Shown piece after piece: positions 41,412 through 51,413 of a stretch of DNA of 64,000 nt. The notes beneath the pieces were generated by a model. The model was not told where the DNA came from, made no database searches, and saw only the letters and a program-made list of their open reading frames with translations. The stretch comes from a virus. Both the position numbers and the translations under genes were made by a program. The DNA lies in IMG/VR virus record IMGVR_UViG_3300025534_000004, positions 64,001 through 128,000 of that record, one strand, 5' to 3'. Positions within the stretch are counted from its first letter, which is position 1; each line of letters starts with the position of its first letter.

Positions 41412-41981
41412 ATGCGGCTCGACGAGTTTTCCGGCGCTCCCAAATTGCGGACGCTCTACGTCAAGCGCCCCCTCCTGAACGGTGAGCAGTTTCGCGCATG
41501 GGCGAAGTCCCAAGGCTTTACCTCCACCCTCCCCGCCGCCGACCTGCACGTCACGATTGCGTACAGCAAGGAGCCGGTCGATTGGCGCAAGGTCAAGCCC
41601 CATGAGGACAAGCTCGTGGTCGAGGGTGGCGAGCGCCGGATCGAGGTGCTCGGTAAGGACGCGATCACCCTCGTGTTCGCGGAGCCGAGGTTGCACGCGC
41701 GGTGGGCCGAACTGATCGACGATGCCGGATGCTCGTGGGATTATCCGGGATACAAGCCGCACGTCACGATCAGCTACGAGGGCAAGGGCATCAAGCCCTC
41801 GAAGCTCGACCCGTACACCGGCCCGCTGGTGTTCGGGCCGGAAATCCTCAACGAGGTCGATGAGAACTGGTCCGACGATGTCGTCGAGGACCCGCTCACC
41901 GATGTCGAGACGCGTTCCTTGGCCGAGGCCATGCGCGCAATGCTGGGTAGCCTCCGGGCTCCCTTGGGAGGAAACCTCTGA
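41412..41981 (+). CDS. acb1: Acb1-like 2H phosphodiesterase (T4 gp57B family, anti-CBASS)
   Basis: LYV.R...DLHVTIAYS...YKPHVTISY...FGPE; TAAATA at 41368-41373. Confidence 0.8.
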   Translation: MRLDEFSGAPKLRTLYVKRPLLNGEQFRAWAKSQGFTSTLPAADLHVTIAYSKEPVDWRKVKPHEDKLVVEGGERRIEVLGKDAITLVFAEPRLHARWAELIDDAGCSWDYPGYKPHVTISYEGKGIKPSKLDPYTGPLVFGPEILNEVDENWSDDVVEDPLTDVETRSLAEAMRAMLGSLRAPLGGNL

Positions 41982-42157
41982 TGCGATGCCTCGCCACGGC
42001 CCTTCTGCTTCTCGCTCTGTCCGCGTGTGGGCAAACCATCGATCCCGGCAGCATCAAGATCAGGGCGAATTTCGACAGCGAGAACGAGTTGATGAACGTC
42101 CTGCTTGGCGATGACGGTGTCGGTGTCCGGTTCCGCTTCGTCGCGTCGAGGTTCTGA
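41981..42157 (+). CDS. 58-aa lipoprotein (absent from the ORF track)
   Basis: MRCLATALLLLALSAC lipobox; TGATG-coupled on both sides. Confidence 0.65.
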   Translation: MRCLATALLLLALSACGQTIDPGSIKIRANFDSENELMNVLLGDDGVGVRFRFVASRF

Positions 42158-42794
42158 TGCGGCGGCGCGAAATACTCCGCGAAGGAAAGTGGTGGGACGA
42201 TAGCCCCACCATTACCCTGAATCACGGCACATCGAGTGCTCTCGTTCCAGCGATCCGCAAACACGGTTTACAGCCTCCATCTGCTCAGATGGAGGGCTAC
42301 GTCCGCTCCATCCTCCGCGACTACCTTCCCGAGGAGCAGTGGCCTCCGGGCCTTCTGAATGCCGCCCTGCAAGCCGCGCTCGGATCAGCCATCCATAAGC
42401 GTCGGTCCACGCCAGATACGGGGCCGGTGCTCTATTTTTCACTGATTCCGACGCTACCGAGAGTTATGCCGCAGCCACTTGCCAGACCGGCGATGAGCTT
42501 GCCGGTGACGTGCTGACCGCTCTTGAACGCCACACTGGCCGTCATTTCCTGCCGCGCTATGCCGGGGCCATGCCAGTAATCATCGAAGTGGAAATCCCCA
42601 AGGACTGGTGCATCTGGCGCCAGCCCATCGACCGTCTACGAGATCGGATGTTCATAGTGTGGGATGAGCAAACCGCCGATGCACGCGAGTTCGACAACCG
42701 TGATGCATTCCTCGCCGATGTCATGTGGCGTGAGGAGGCCCGTGTCGCACGTCCGGTTCCGCCCGAGATGATCACTGCCATCTGCGAGGTCTGA
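42157..42794 (+). CDS. ADP-ribosyltransferase-fold protein, frameshifted at T5 run 42435-42439
   Basis: MRRREILRE; LNHGTS...IRKHGLQP...VLYF / ...VIIEVEIP...EEARVARPVPPEMI; one extra T joins both ORFs. Confidence 0.6.
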
Positions 42795-42891
42795 ACGGCA
42801 AAATCTGGTGCCTCGCACGAGGATTATTGCGACCGGACTTCGCTCTATGCTACTCATTGGGTCATTTCAGAAGCCCATCTGAGGAAGTTCC

Positions 42892-43497
42892 GTGAGCCAT
42901 CCCATTCAGGACACCATCGAATTCTCCGTCGGCGCCGAGAAGGTGCTGGTGAACGACACCGTCAAGATCGTCGCCCGGATCAACGCGCTGGTCGCGGGGG
43001 ACACCTCCGAGGAGGCGCTGCGCGCCGATATCCGTGCGACGATGAAGAAGTTCATCGACGCTGACTGGCAGTTCTCCAACATGCAGCGTGACGCCGACAC
43101 CACGGGTTTCGAGCGTGTCGTGCTCACGGCCACCGCGCGGGTCAGCGAAAGGGAAAACTTCAATCTCGACAGCCGCGCGCGAGGCCAGCCGCAAGGGCTT
43201 GCAGATCGTCGGCGTGACCGTGGACACCTCCATTCCGGCCGCCCAGATCGAAGCTGCCGAGCGCGAACTGCGCGCCGACATCCTCCGCAAGGTGATGGAG
43301 GAATTGAAGTTCATCAATTCCACCCAGTTTTGCCCTTCCGCATTGCAAGGATCAACTATGGCGCCGCGATGAACCAGAGCGTCGCCAGCACCCTCAAGAT
43401 CGGCGCCCAGAGCTTGGAGGCTGCCGCCGCCAAGGCGAGCACCTATGGCATCGGCTTCGGCATGGGGATGATACCCTCGGAAATGCTTCGAAGCTGA
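42892..43497 (+). CDS. Hypothetical protein (possibly SIMPL-like) with two compensating frameshifts
   Basis: The middle section reads as protein in the 43088..43372 frame. Confidence 0.4.
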   Translation: MSHPIQDTIEFSVGAEKVLVNDTVKIVARINALVAGDTSEEALRADIRATMKKFIDADWQFSNMQRDADTTGFERVVLTATARVSERENFNLDSRARGQPQGLADRRRDRGHLHSGRPDRSCRARTARRHPPQGDGGIEVHQFHPVLPFRIARINYGAAMNQSVASTLKIGAQSLEAAAAKASTYGIGFGMGMIPSEMLRS

Positions 43498-44040
43498 CGA
43501 TGCAGGCGCAGGTTGTGCTTGCACGGCTTGCGAACGGGTAAGCCTTCATCTGCCAACCGATAGCATGACGATGCACTGCGGCGGAGCGCATGGGCGAAGT
43601 CCCCGCATCCCGCCGCTGGTGCCCCCGGCAAGGAGGAACCGCCATGGCGAGGATCGAGATCAACCGCATCAGCGGCGGCGAAGAATGCGAGGACTGCGGC
43701 TACTACGAATGGACCACCGTCACTCTCCGGATCGACGGCGTGGAGGTCGGCAGATGGTCCGGCGACACGCATTTCAGCGGCGGATACCACGAGCTTGATG
43801 GTGACCAGTTCCTCAAGAAGGTGCTTGAGATGCTCGGCCACGAGGTCGAGTTGAACTGCGAGGTTGACGAGGAATGACGCGCCATCCCGGCAATGCCTGC
43901 ATGTGGTCCTAGGCGAATAGCCTCAACGATGGCGGCCGACCCTTGGAGGAGCCGCAGGAGAATATCGACGCGGCATTCCGCGATCCGCTAGACTACCACT
44001 GATTTCAGAATTTCGCTTATTTCAGAACGGCATTTTGAGA

Positions 44041-44577
44041 ATGATCATCACCGAGGACGGTTTCATTGAAATCGACATAACGCCCGAGATGACCGCACGA
44101 GCCAAGGCCAAGGCGGACGATTTGGGCGAGCTTCGCAACTCCATACGGCGCGGCAAGGGGAATCTTGCGGGCTTTCTCGGTGAGGAGGTCGTACTGGCGG
44201 CGTGGGGTGGGTCCATCTCGCACAACACCTACCAGCACGACATCGAGTTCGAAGGCACAACCTTCGAGGTCAAGACCAAGGACCGCACCGTCCCGCCCAG
44301 CATCCGGTACGAGGCTTCTGTTGCCAACTACAACCCGAATCAGCGGGCGGATTTCTACGTGTTCGTCTCGCTGCTGCGGCGCAAGCCGGACAATGCCTAT
44401 GTGAAGGGTTATGTCCTCGGCATCATCAGCAAGGACGACTATTTCAGGCAGGCGACTTTCCTGCGCGTTGGCGATATCGACCCGTCGAATGGCTGGGTGG
44501 TGAGCGCGGATTGCTACAACCTGCCCTACTCGGCGCTGACGCGCTTCGAGACGTGGCGTGAACCGGTGGCGGCCTGA
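44041..44577 (+). CDS. PD-(D/E)xK nuclease-fold protein
   Basis: GFLGEE...HDIEF...FEVKTK...DFYVF. Confidence 0.65.
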   Translation: MIITEDGFIEIDITPEMTARAKAKADDLGELRNSIRRGKGNLAGFLGEEVVLAAWGGSISHNTYQHDIEFEGTTFEVKTKDRTVPPSIRYEASVANYNPNQRADFYVFVSLLRRKPDNAYVKGYVLGIISKDDYFRQATFLRVGDIDPSNGWVVSADCYNLPYSALTRFETWREPVAA

Positions 44578-44947
44578 TGCCTGATCTGCTGCGGGTCAGC
44601 GGTCCCGCACTGGAATATCCGTTCGGCAAGAGCGATTTGCCATTCTGGGCGGATTTGGCGTGGCGGATCAACAACCATGTAGGCTTCCGATTCAAAGAGG
44701 TCATGGAGTGCGATATCGCCGGGATAAGCGTGTCCCTGCGCTGCGATCCGCCCTCCACCGCCGCGTCGATATTCATCCTCCATCTCCGGGGCGGAGACCG
44801 GTGGATCACCTACTCGCACGAGGATACGTGGGATGCGCCCCGCAGGATGTGGCTGTCCAGCTACCGGGCCGAAGCCTCCTCCGAGGAGGATGCGAAAATC
44901 CTGCTTGCTGTGATGGCCCTCGCCCTGCCGCCTCCCACCGTCTTGGC

Positions 44948-45961
44948 TCAAACGGAGACCACGTAGGTGCGTGTCTTGGGAACCTCGCCGCGCGAGCCGC
45001 GCACGAAGGGGCTCCACCAGTAGAGCCCGGTCTTGCGCAGCTTGAAGTGTCCCCGAACGAGGTGCGCGTGCAGGTCCGCCGAGCCTCCTCCACCGCCCTC
45101 TCCCAGCCGGTTGCGCTGGACCTTCGAGAGGTTGAGCCTGATCTCCCGGTGGTCCAGCAGGGGCGGCTTCTTCTGCTTGGCGCGGGCCTTGTTCAGCTTC
45201 TCGTAGGAGACCGATGGCCCGTACTGGATGACGTTGCGGCTGTTCAGCGTGGTCAGCAACCCGAGCGCGAACTGAAACTCGGCCAGCAGGTCGTGCCTCG
45301 CCAAGTCGATCAAGTTCTCAAGCTTGGGCGTTCGCCCCAGCGTGCGTTCGAGGTCCTCCCATGTCGGCATGAGGTAGGGCGGCACCTCGTGCTTGACGCG
45401 GGCCTCCATCTGGATGGCAGCTTCCAACTCGGCCGGGTCCTTCGCCCATGGCGGCGGCGCCCTCTCCAACTCCGCCAGAACCCGCGCGCGGTCCTCCTCC
45501 GAGGGTGGCCCCGCCTCGCCCGTATTGATCCGGAAGGTCAGGTGGCAGATCGACACCGAACCGTCATGATGGGACCATGCCGGGTGGATCAGGATGTCCC
45601 TGCCCTCCTTGTCGAGGGCTTCCATGTAAAGGCCGAGCCGGGAGGGCGGCTCCGTGTCCTCCCGTGTCACCAGCCTGACCCCTCGGGCGCGCATCGAGGT
45701 CAGCCAGTCGGTCCGATCCTTGAAGGCAAACTCGACCCACAGGGTCGGGAATGGCAGGCGGCAGATATCGAGGGCCGCGAGGAAGCGGCTTGGCTTTGAT
45801 TCGCCGATGTCATGCACCAGCATGACCGCATCCCGGTTCAATACGAACCGGTTGGATGTGGCGATCCGGCGGCCGAGCGCACGGTAGCTCTCCCGCATCC
45901 CCGGCAGGAGAAGCGCCGAGGCGGGCTCGTCGGGGAAGGCGATGATCGTGTCAGCCAGCAT
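44948..45961 (-). CDS. Phage protein with HLVRGH motif
   Basis: RLPFPTLWVEF...AHLVRGHFK...WWSPFVRG. Confidence 0.6.
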   Translation of the reverse strand: MLADTIIAFPDEPASALLLPGMRESYRALGRRIATSNRFVLNRDAVMLVHDIGESKPSRFLAALDICRLPFPTLWVEFAFKDRTDWLTSMRARGVRLVTREDTEPPSRLGLYMEALDKEGRDILIHPAWSHHDGSVSICHLTFRINTGEAGPPSEEDRARVLAELERAPPPWAKDPAELEAAIQMEARVKHEVPPYLMPTWEDLERTLGRTPKLENLIDLARHDLLAEFQFALGLLTTLNSRNVIQYGPSVSYEKLNKARAKQKKPPLLDHREIRLNLSKVQRNRLGEGGGGGSADLHAHLVRGHFKLRKTGLYWWSPFVRGSRGEVPKTRTYVVSV

Positions 45962-46018
45962 GGGGTCGGGGCAGCCTTTGCCGCAGGCTACCCCGACACA
46001 CCGTTTCGTCAACCGACC

Positions 46019-46771
46019 TCAGAGGCGGGATTCCGCAATCCCGGCGGCAAAGACGACCCGATCCACACCGATGGCGATTTCCAGCACCAGCACGTCGGTC
46101 TCGATCCATTCCTTTTTCTTGTTCTGGAAGCGATTCTTCACCGGAAAGTCCTTGCGCTTGCTGATGGAGCAGACCTCCATCCAGCGGTCGCCGGTATCGA
46201 CCTCGATGTCCATGGTCCTGAGGCTGTAGTCCGGCAGCCGGTCGGAGGGCACGATGCGGGTCGGCAGGCCGGTGGCGGTGGCGATCATCCGGCGCACCGG
46301 CTCAAGGGACTTCTCCTGATAGTCGTTCGCCGTGTCCGCGCTATAGGCGCACTGGAATTCCTGCTGATAGAACTCCTTGAGCCGCATATGCGAGAGGACC
46401 TTGTCCTGCTCGACGCGGAAGCTCTTGCCGACCTGCCAGCAGCAATAGGGCAGCCGCACGCCGTCGTGGGAGGCCAGCCGATGCGTCATCCACGCATAGG
46501 TGGACGGCGTCGTCTCCGGCCGCGCGACCAGCACCGGCTCGTTCTCGTCGTGCCGCACGAAGGTCCAGAGGTCCTCCGGCGCGTAGTTGGGGTTCACCAG
46601 CGCCATCGGGAGCATCATGGGTGCCTCGACGCGCTCGATCTCCCACGCGCGGTTCTGGCCGCGCAAGAAGGCGGCAACCTCGTCAGCGAAAAACGTCACG
46701 ACGCGTTCGCGGGCCTTGATCTCGCGCTCGGACCAATGCACCAGCCCGTTGATGTTGTAGAGGGGACGCAT
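46019..46771 (-). CDS. Glycyl-tRNA synthetase-like class II catalytic core, no anticodon-binding domain
   Basis: RPETT, QVGKSFRVE, MRLKEFYQQEFQ, YSLRTMDIE, EVCSISKRKDF, LEIAIGVDR. Confidence 0.8.
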   Translation of the reverse strand: MRPLYNINGLVHWSEREIKARERVVTFFADEVAAFLRGQNRAWEIERVEAPMMLPMALVNPNYAPEDLWTFVRHDENEPVLVARPETTPSTYAWMTHRLASHDGVRLPYCCWQVGKSFRVEQDKVLSHMRLKEFYQQEFQCAYSADTANDYQEKSLEPVRRMIATATGLPTRIVPSDRLPDYSLRTMDIEVDTGDRWMEVCSISKRKDFPVKNRFQNKKKEWIETDVLVLEIAIGVDRVVFAAGIAESRL

Positions 46772-47043
46772 TGCAAATGGCCTTCTGAAAGGACAGGGTG
46801 TGAATTAAGGGTTCTGCGGGGTGAACAGGCGCTTTGCCGTGTCGTAGAGCGCGTCGGCAGCGCGGTTGAACTCCTCCTGCTCCTCCGCGACATAATCGGC
46901 CGTGGAATACTGCCCGGTGTAGCCGGAGGCGTTCTTGCGGGCATCGGTCAGCTTCGCCTCGGCCGCCAGCGCCGCCGCGAGGGCCTCGAAGAACTCAAGG
47001 GCCTCGGGCTTGGCGGGCGTCACATCAGATGCGTTCAGGATCG

Positions 47044-47913
47044 TCATACGTCCTCTGTGAGTTCGATGGTGGTGATCGGCTGGCCCATGAGCAGCATTCC
47101 GCTGACCGGCGGCTCCACGCGGGTCAGCGACATGGGATCGGCCACCAGCGCCGCGTAAAGCTCGTCCAAGAGGCGACCGAGGACATTCCGGCCACGCAGC
47201 AGGCCCGCGCCGCATGGCATGGCGCCCCAGAAATCGTCCTTGAAGCTCTGCTCCACGATGGGCCGCCCGCCCGTGGCGAGGAGCACATCGCCGAAGCTGA
47301 CGAAGTTCTGGATCAGCTTGACGCGGAGCACCCATGCCATCAGGGGCACCCGGACCTCCATCCAGTCCGGACGGCTGCGCTCCTCCCGGAAGGGCGCACA
47401 AACCGCCTTGGCGGCCATGGGACTGGCCTGCGCGATGATCTTCTCCTGCATCTCCGGCCAGTGCGGGAAGCGCATGGCCTGATACAGGGCCTCGGAGGTG
47501 CGGATGGCGATGCCGTTCACCAGCAGCGGGAACCCGGCCGCCATGTTGGAACAGCCGCCATTCGCATCCCGCGTCTTGCAGAACACCGCGCAGTCGGCCA
47601 CCCGGTAGGTCCGGACCGGGTAGACCTCCTCCGGTCGCCGGGCGGGCACGGACGCCGGTTCGAGATGGCTCACCGGGACGAAGCGATAGACATGGTTCAC
47701 CTCGTCATCCGTCACCACCTCCGGAATGTCGTAGCCAAAGTCCGCCGCCTTGAAGCGGACCGCGACCTTCCCCGGAGGGGGCTCGTATCTGTCGGTGACC
47801 ACGCCGATGGTGCCGACCGACAACGGCAGCGCGCAGGCTTCGAACCGGTCGGTGCTGACCGCCGAGATACGCACGGGATCACCGGCCCTGAAAACCGGAG
47901 GCTGGGCGTCCAT
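47044..47913 (-). CDS. NADAR (YbiA-like) domain protein with N-terminal SH3/KOW-like domain
   Basis: SNMA, TSEALYQAMRF, RPDWMEVR, VLLATG, DDFWG, GRNVLGRLL. Confidence 0.85.
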   Translation of the reverse strand: MDAQPPVFRAGDPVRISAVSTDRFEACALPLSVGTIGVVTDRYEPPPGKVAVRFKAADFGYDIPEVVTDDEVNHVYRFVPVSHLEPASVPARRPEEVYPVRTYRVADCAVFCKTRDANGGCSNMAAGFPLLVNGIAIRTSEALYQAMRFPHWPEMQEKIIAQASPMAAKAVCAPFREERSRPDWMEVRVPLMAWVLRVKLIQNFVSFGDVLLATGGRPIVEQSFKDDFWGAMPCGAGLLRGRNVLGRLLDELYAALVADPMSLTRVEPPVSGMLLMGQPITTIELTEDV

Positions 47914-47914
47914 C

Positions 47915-49143
47915 TCAGAGTCCATCCCGGAAACGGGCCGCCAGCACCTTGCGGGCGGGATGGCCGTCGTCGAGGGTCTTGGACCAGTCGCGCAGCCGGG
48001 CCTTGCCAATCCGGGCGTCGGCCGCACGCAGGATGTCCGTGAACTCCCAGTAGTCGTCCTTGAACGGCTCCATGAGCCGGTCGCGCGGCCGGTCGAGGTA
48101 GTCACGCAGCAGCAGGGAGATGATATGCGAGGGCTGATGCCGCCACCCCGGTATGGCCGGGATCGGCTTGCTGGCCTCGTCCCGATAGACGTAGAGGTCC
48201 TCGAAGGTGTGGATATACGCGCCGCGAGCCGGGTTGGGCACCATGAAGGGACCGGGGAAGTCGAAGATCACCTCCCCGTCCAGCAGAAACCAGTGGCGGG
48301 GCAACTGGTAACTGTCGTGGTCCGTCCGATGGGTGTAGGCGTTGGCGTGGATCGCCAGCGGCAGGCCGGGCACCCAGAGCGCCTCGATACGCGCCTTGAG
48401 CTTCGACCACGGCTTCGGTCTATGGGTCCAGCCCATCAGACATTCACCACGAGATATTGCGCGCAGCGGCCCCGAGGGCGTTCCACATCGCCACGACGCC
48501 GATTCGCTGAATGTTGGCCTGCATGTGCAGAAAAGAGTAACGGCTGTGATCGCCGGACTTCTTGGCCGCGATGAGGGCGGCCTTCTCCTCGGCGCATATC
48601 CGCGTCAGGCCGCCCCGCAACTCGTCCAGCACGCCGTTCAGGGCCTCCCGGCGGATGGCGACCTCGCTGGCGTCATTCCATTCGAGGATCGCCGCATAGT
48701 CGGGGGTACTCATATCAGTTCCCTTCAAATGCCCGCAGGCGGCCACTCGGCGCAGCGGGTTCTCCTCAGAGGCGCGTCTTGCGGCCGGTGATGATGTTCA
48801 TCACGGTGACGCCTGCCCCGAAGGCGGCGCGCATCTCGGCCATCTGCTCGGCGCTCGGGCCGCGATCCCGCTTCCGGTACTCGGCCAGAAAGGCGCTCGT
48901 CTCGCTCGCGCGGGTCGCCACCGCCTTGGCGTAGTCGAACTCCATATCGGGCGTGCCGTGCAGCTTCCAGACATCGAGCATGTCGGTCATCGGCACGGCG
49001 TTGTTCGACTTCCACCGGGGCACCCCGTCCACCACCACAGCCTCGGCCCATTTCGCGACCATGCGGGCGACCTCACGACGCTCGAACTCGGTCTGCGGGT
49101 TGACAAGGCTGCGGTTGGTGTAGCGGTCAGGCTGGTGGCTCAT
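47915..49143 (-). other. Three coupled hypothetical genes (47915-48436, 48444-48713, 48766-49143)
   Basis: Co-oriented behind promoter TTGACC-AGAACCG...TATAGT at 49173-49200. Confidence 0.5.
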
Positions 49144-49264
49144 GACGACTGCCTTATCCTCTCGATGCCCAGACTATAGCCTGAATACGGTTCTGGTCAA
49201 CCCATTTACGGTGGTTTGCATGATCCTCGCCGACCTTGGACCGTTCAACGGCGCCCTCAACTGA

Positions 49265-49636
49265 TCAGAACGTGTACCGCTCGGCGGCACGATACACCGC
49301 CGCGTCCTCGCTATCGCTTGGCAGCACCAGCGGGAGATCGCCGAACTGTTCGCGCGTCGGATCGAGTATGAAGCCCTCGATCTCGATCCACGAATGGCCC
49401 GTCACGTCGCTGTTGCTCTCGTCCGGCCAAGGAAACGGATGGTCATAGTGCCCGGTGACGATCTGCCCATGCAGCCCCTCGGCCGCAAGGAGACCCGCGA
49501 GTTCCGCGACGGCCGCCGCAGTGTGCGGAAACAGACCCAGCCCGAACCGGGAGACATACTCGTCGCGAATTCTTTCGGTCAGTCGCACCGCCGTCTCTGG
49601 CGCATGGACCTCGGTGTTCGTCGGCAATTTGCGCAT
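49265..49636 (-). CDS. Late protein, transglutaminase/papain-like fold remnant
   Basis: GHSWIEIEGFILDPTREQF; no obvious catalytic Cys; TAAATA at 49658-49663. Confidence 0.5.
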   Translation of the reverse strand: MRKLPTNTEVHAPETAVRLTERIRDEYVSRFGLGLFPHTAAAVAELAGLLAAEGLHGQIVTGHYDHPFPWPDESNSDVTGHSWIEIEGFILDPTREQFGDLPLVLPSDSEDAAVYRAAERYTF

Positions 49637-49694
49637 TACGATGGCAGTCCCAGCGGGTATTTAGGGGCCGGGACTGCCAATCTACCCGTGCAGA

Positions 49695-50384
49695 TCAGTT
49701 CAGGAAGTAGAAGGCATTCGGCGGCAGGCCGAAGTGACGGATGATCTTGTCCTGCGCCTCCGGAGACGGGGTGAACCGACCGCGCCGCCACTCATACACG
49801 CTGGCGGCGCTGACCCCGGCCACCGAGGCAACCACATCATCGGAGGCGTTCAGGCTGTCGAGCAGGGCGCTGATCTTCCTGCCGGTCTGCTTGCGCAGCA
49901 GAAACCTCGGCGCCTGAACGCCGAACTTGGCCGCGATGCTGCGCCATTCGGCAGGGGTCAGGTCCAGCGCGTCGGTTTCCCAATCCGAGATGCGCTTCTG
50001 GGGGACGCCGAGAATCTCGCCCATCTCGGTCTGCGACATCCGCCCGCCATTGCGGCCAGACTGTGCGTAACGCAGGGCACGAAGCCACTGGCCGGTGCTC
50101 GGCGTGAACAGAGCGCGGGTGGTGGACCGCTGCGGCGGCAGCGAGATAAGCGCCTCCCCGTTGAGGTTGATCACCTTCGGGGCCTCAGAGGCCTCAGGCG
50201 CCACCGGAGCGGCCGGAGAGGCGGGCGCGGCGGCAGAGAGATAATCCGCGATGTGCTGCGCGCGCCTGAACGACGACAGGACGGAGGAAACGATTTCGCG
50301 GGGGTACCCCGTATCCGACGCGACGACGGAGATGAGCACCTCGTCGGGAAGTGGCGTGTTGGTCAAGGTCTGGGACATGCTCAA
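49695..50384 (-). CDS. Tandem XRE-HTH transcription regulator
   Basis: MSQTEMGEILGVPQKRISDWE and VAGVSAASVYEWRRGRFTP. Confidence 0.75.
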   Translation of the reverse strand: MSMSQTLTNTPLPDEVLISVVASDTGYPREIVSSVLSSFRRAQHIADYLSAAAPASPAAPVAPEASEAPKVINLNGEALISLPPQRSTTRALFTPSTGQWLRALRYAQSGRNGGRMSQTEMGEILGVPQKRISDWETDALDLTPAEWRSIAAKFGVQAPRFLLRKQTGRKISALLDSLNASDDVVASVAGVSAASVYEWRRGRFTPSPEAQDKIIRHFGLPPNAFYFLN

Positions 50385-50460
50385 AATTGCTTTGCCAAAT
50401 GTGTTGCGAGGCTGAAAGGGGACCGGTCAGCCTCATACCGGTATTTGTCGCGGGCGACGG

Positions 50461-51339
50461 TCAGGCCGCGAACCGCTCAAACGCAGCGGCATCGTCCGCT
50501 TCGTCCTGCCCGGCGAGGCGGGGAGCGGCGCCCTCGAAGATCACCTCCACCCGGTTCACGACCTTGGAGAAGATCGGCATGTCGATGACCCGGACCTCGC
50601 TGCGCGTCACCATCGTGCCGGGCGCGGGGCGGTGCTTCTCGGGAATGCGGGCAAGCTCCTCCTCCGTGAAGGCGCGCTCGAACGCCTCCCGGCGCACGAA
50701 GGTGCCTTGCCTGAAGAAGGCCGGGTAATCGGTGAAGTTCACGCCCGCCTCCTGAAACAGGCGCTCCTGCATCTGGGCGCCACTCATGCCCTGCAAGCTC
50801 TTGTGCGAGAAATGGTGGTGCGCGGCCATCGAGATCGCATTCTTGGTCGCATCCATGGTCCGCCACAGCACCATGTTCGCCGCCTCGACGCGGCTCGGAA
50901 GCTGGATGACGCGGGCGTCGAAGTGCGGCAGTCGCTCGGCGTAGCGCCGGAACTCCACATCCTCGCAGGTCAAGACGGCGCGCATGAAAGCAGAGGTGGC
51001 GATCCCGGAAAGCACGCTCGCCATCTTCATGATCTTGCCGTCGAAGAAGATGCTGCCTTTGGGATCAGGCACGTGCCAGACCAAGGAAATCTCGTCCGAC
51101 TGCACGTAGCCGATGAGCGCATGGGTCTCGGCCACAAGATGCTTGGTCGTCTCGATCATCGCATTTGTCATGCGAATGTCGTAAGGGCGGTTCATGCCCT
51201 TCGTGAAGCGCGAGAAACTCCGGCCATCAATTCTGGCATAGACCGGAAGCGTCGGCAGGAACCGGCGCTGGGTCTCGTGGAACTCGTAGGACTTCATGCG
51301 TGCGCCGAGTGCGTCGCCGCCGGGGGTCCGCTGTGCCAT
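50461..51339 (-). CDS. Thg1-like 3'-5' polymerase / tRNA-His guanylyltransferase
   Basis: RIDGRSFSRFT, RPYD, YVQSDEISL, FDGKIMK, FDAR. Confidence 0.92.
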   Translation of the reverse strand: MAQRTPGGDALGARMKSYEFHETQRRFLPTLPVYARIDGRSFSRFTKGMNRPYDIRMTNAMIETTKHLVAETHALIGYVQSDEISLVWHVPDPKGSIFFDGKIMKMASVLSGIATSAFMRAVLTCEDVEFRRYAERLPHFDARVIQLPSRVEAANMVLWRTMDATKNAISMAAHHHFSHKSLQGMSGAQMQERLFQEAGVNFTDYPAFFRQGTFVRREAFERAFTEEELARIPEKHRPAPGTMVTRSEVRVIDMPIFSKVVNRVEVIFEGAAPRLAGQDEADDAAAFERFAA

Positions 51340-51413
51340 CTCGAAATCGCTTCGTGTCATGCTTTGGCGGCCATAACGGCGAAACTCCGTCATGACAAGC
51401 CATGTTTTTGCGG

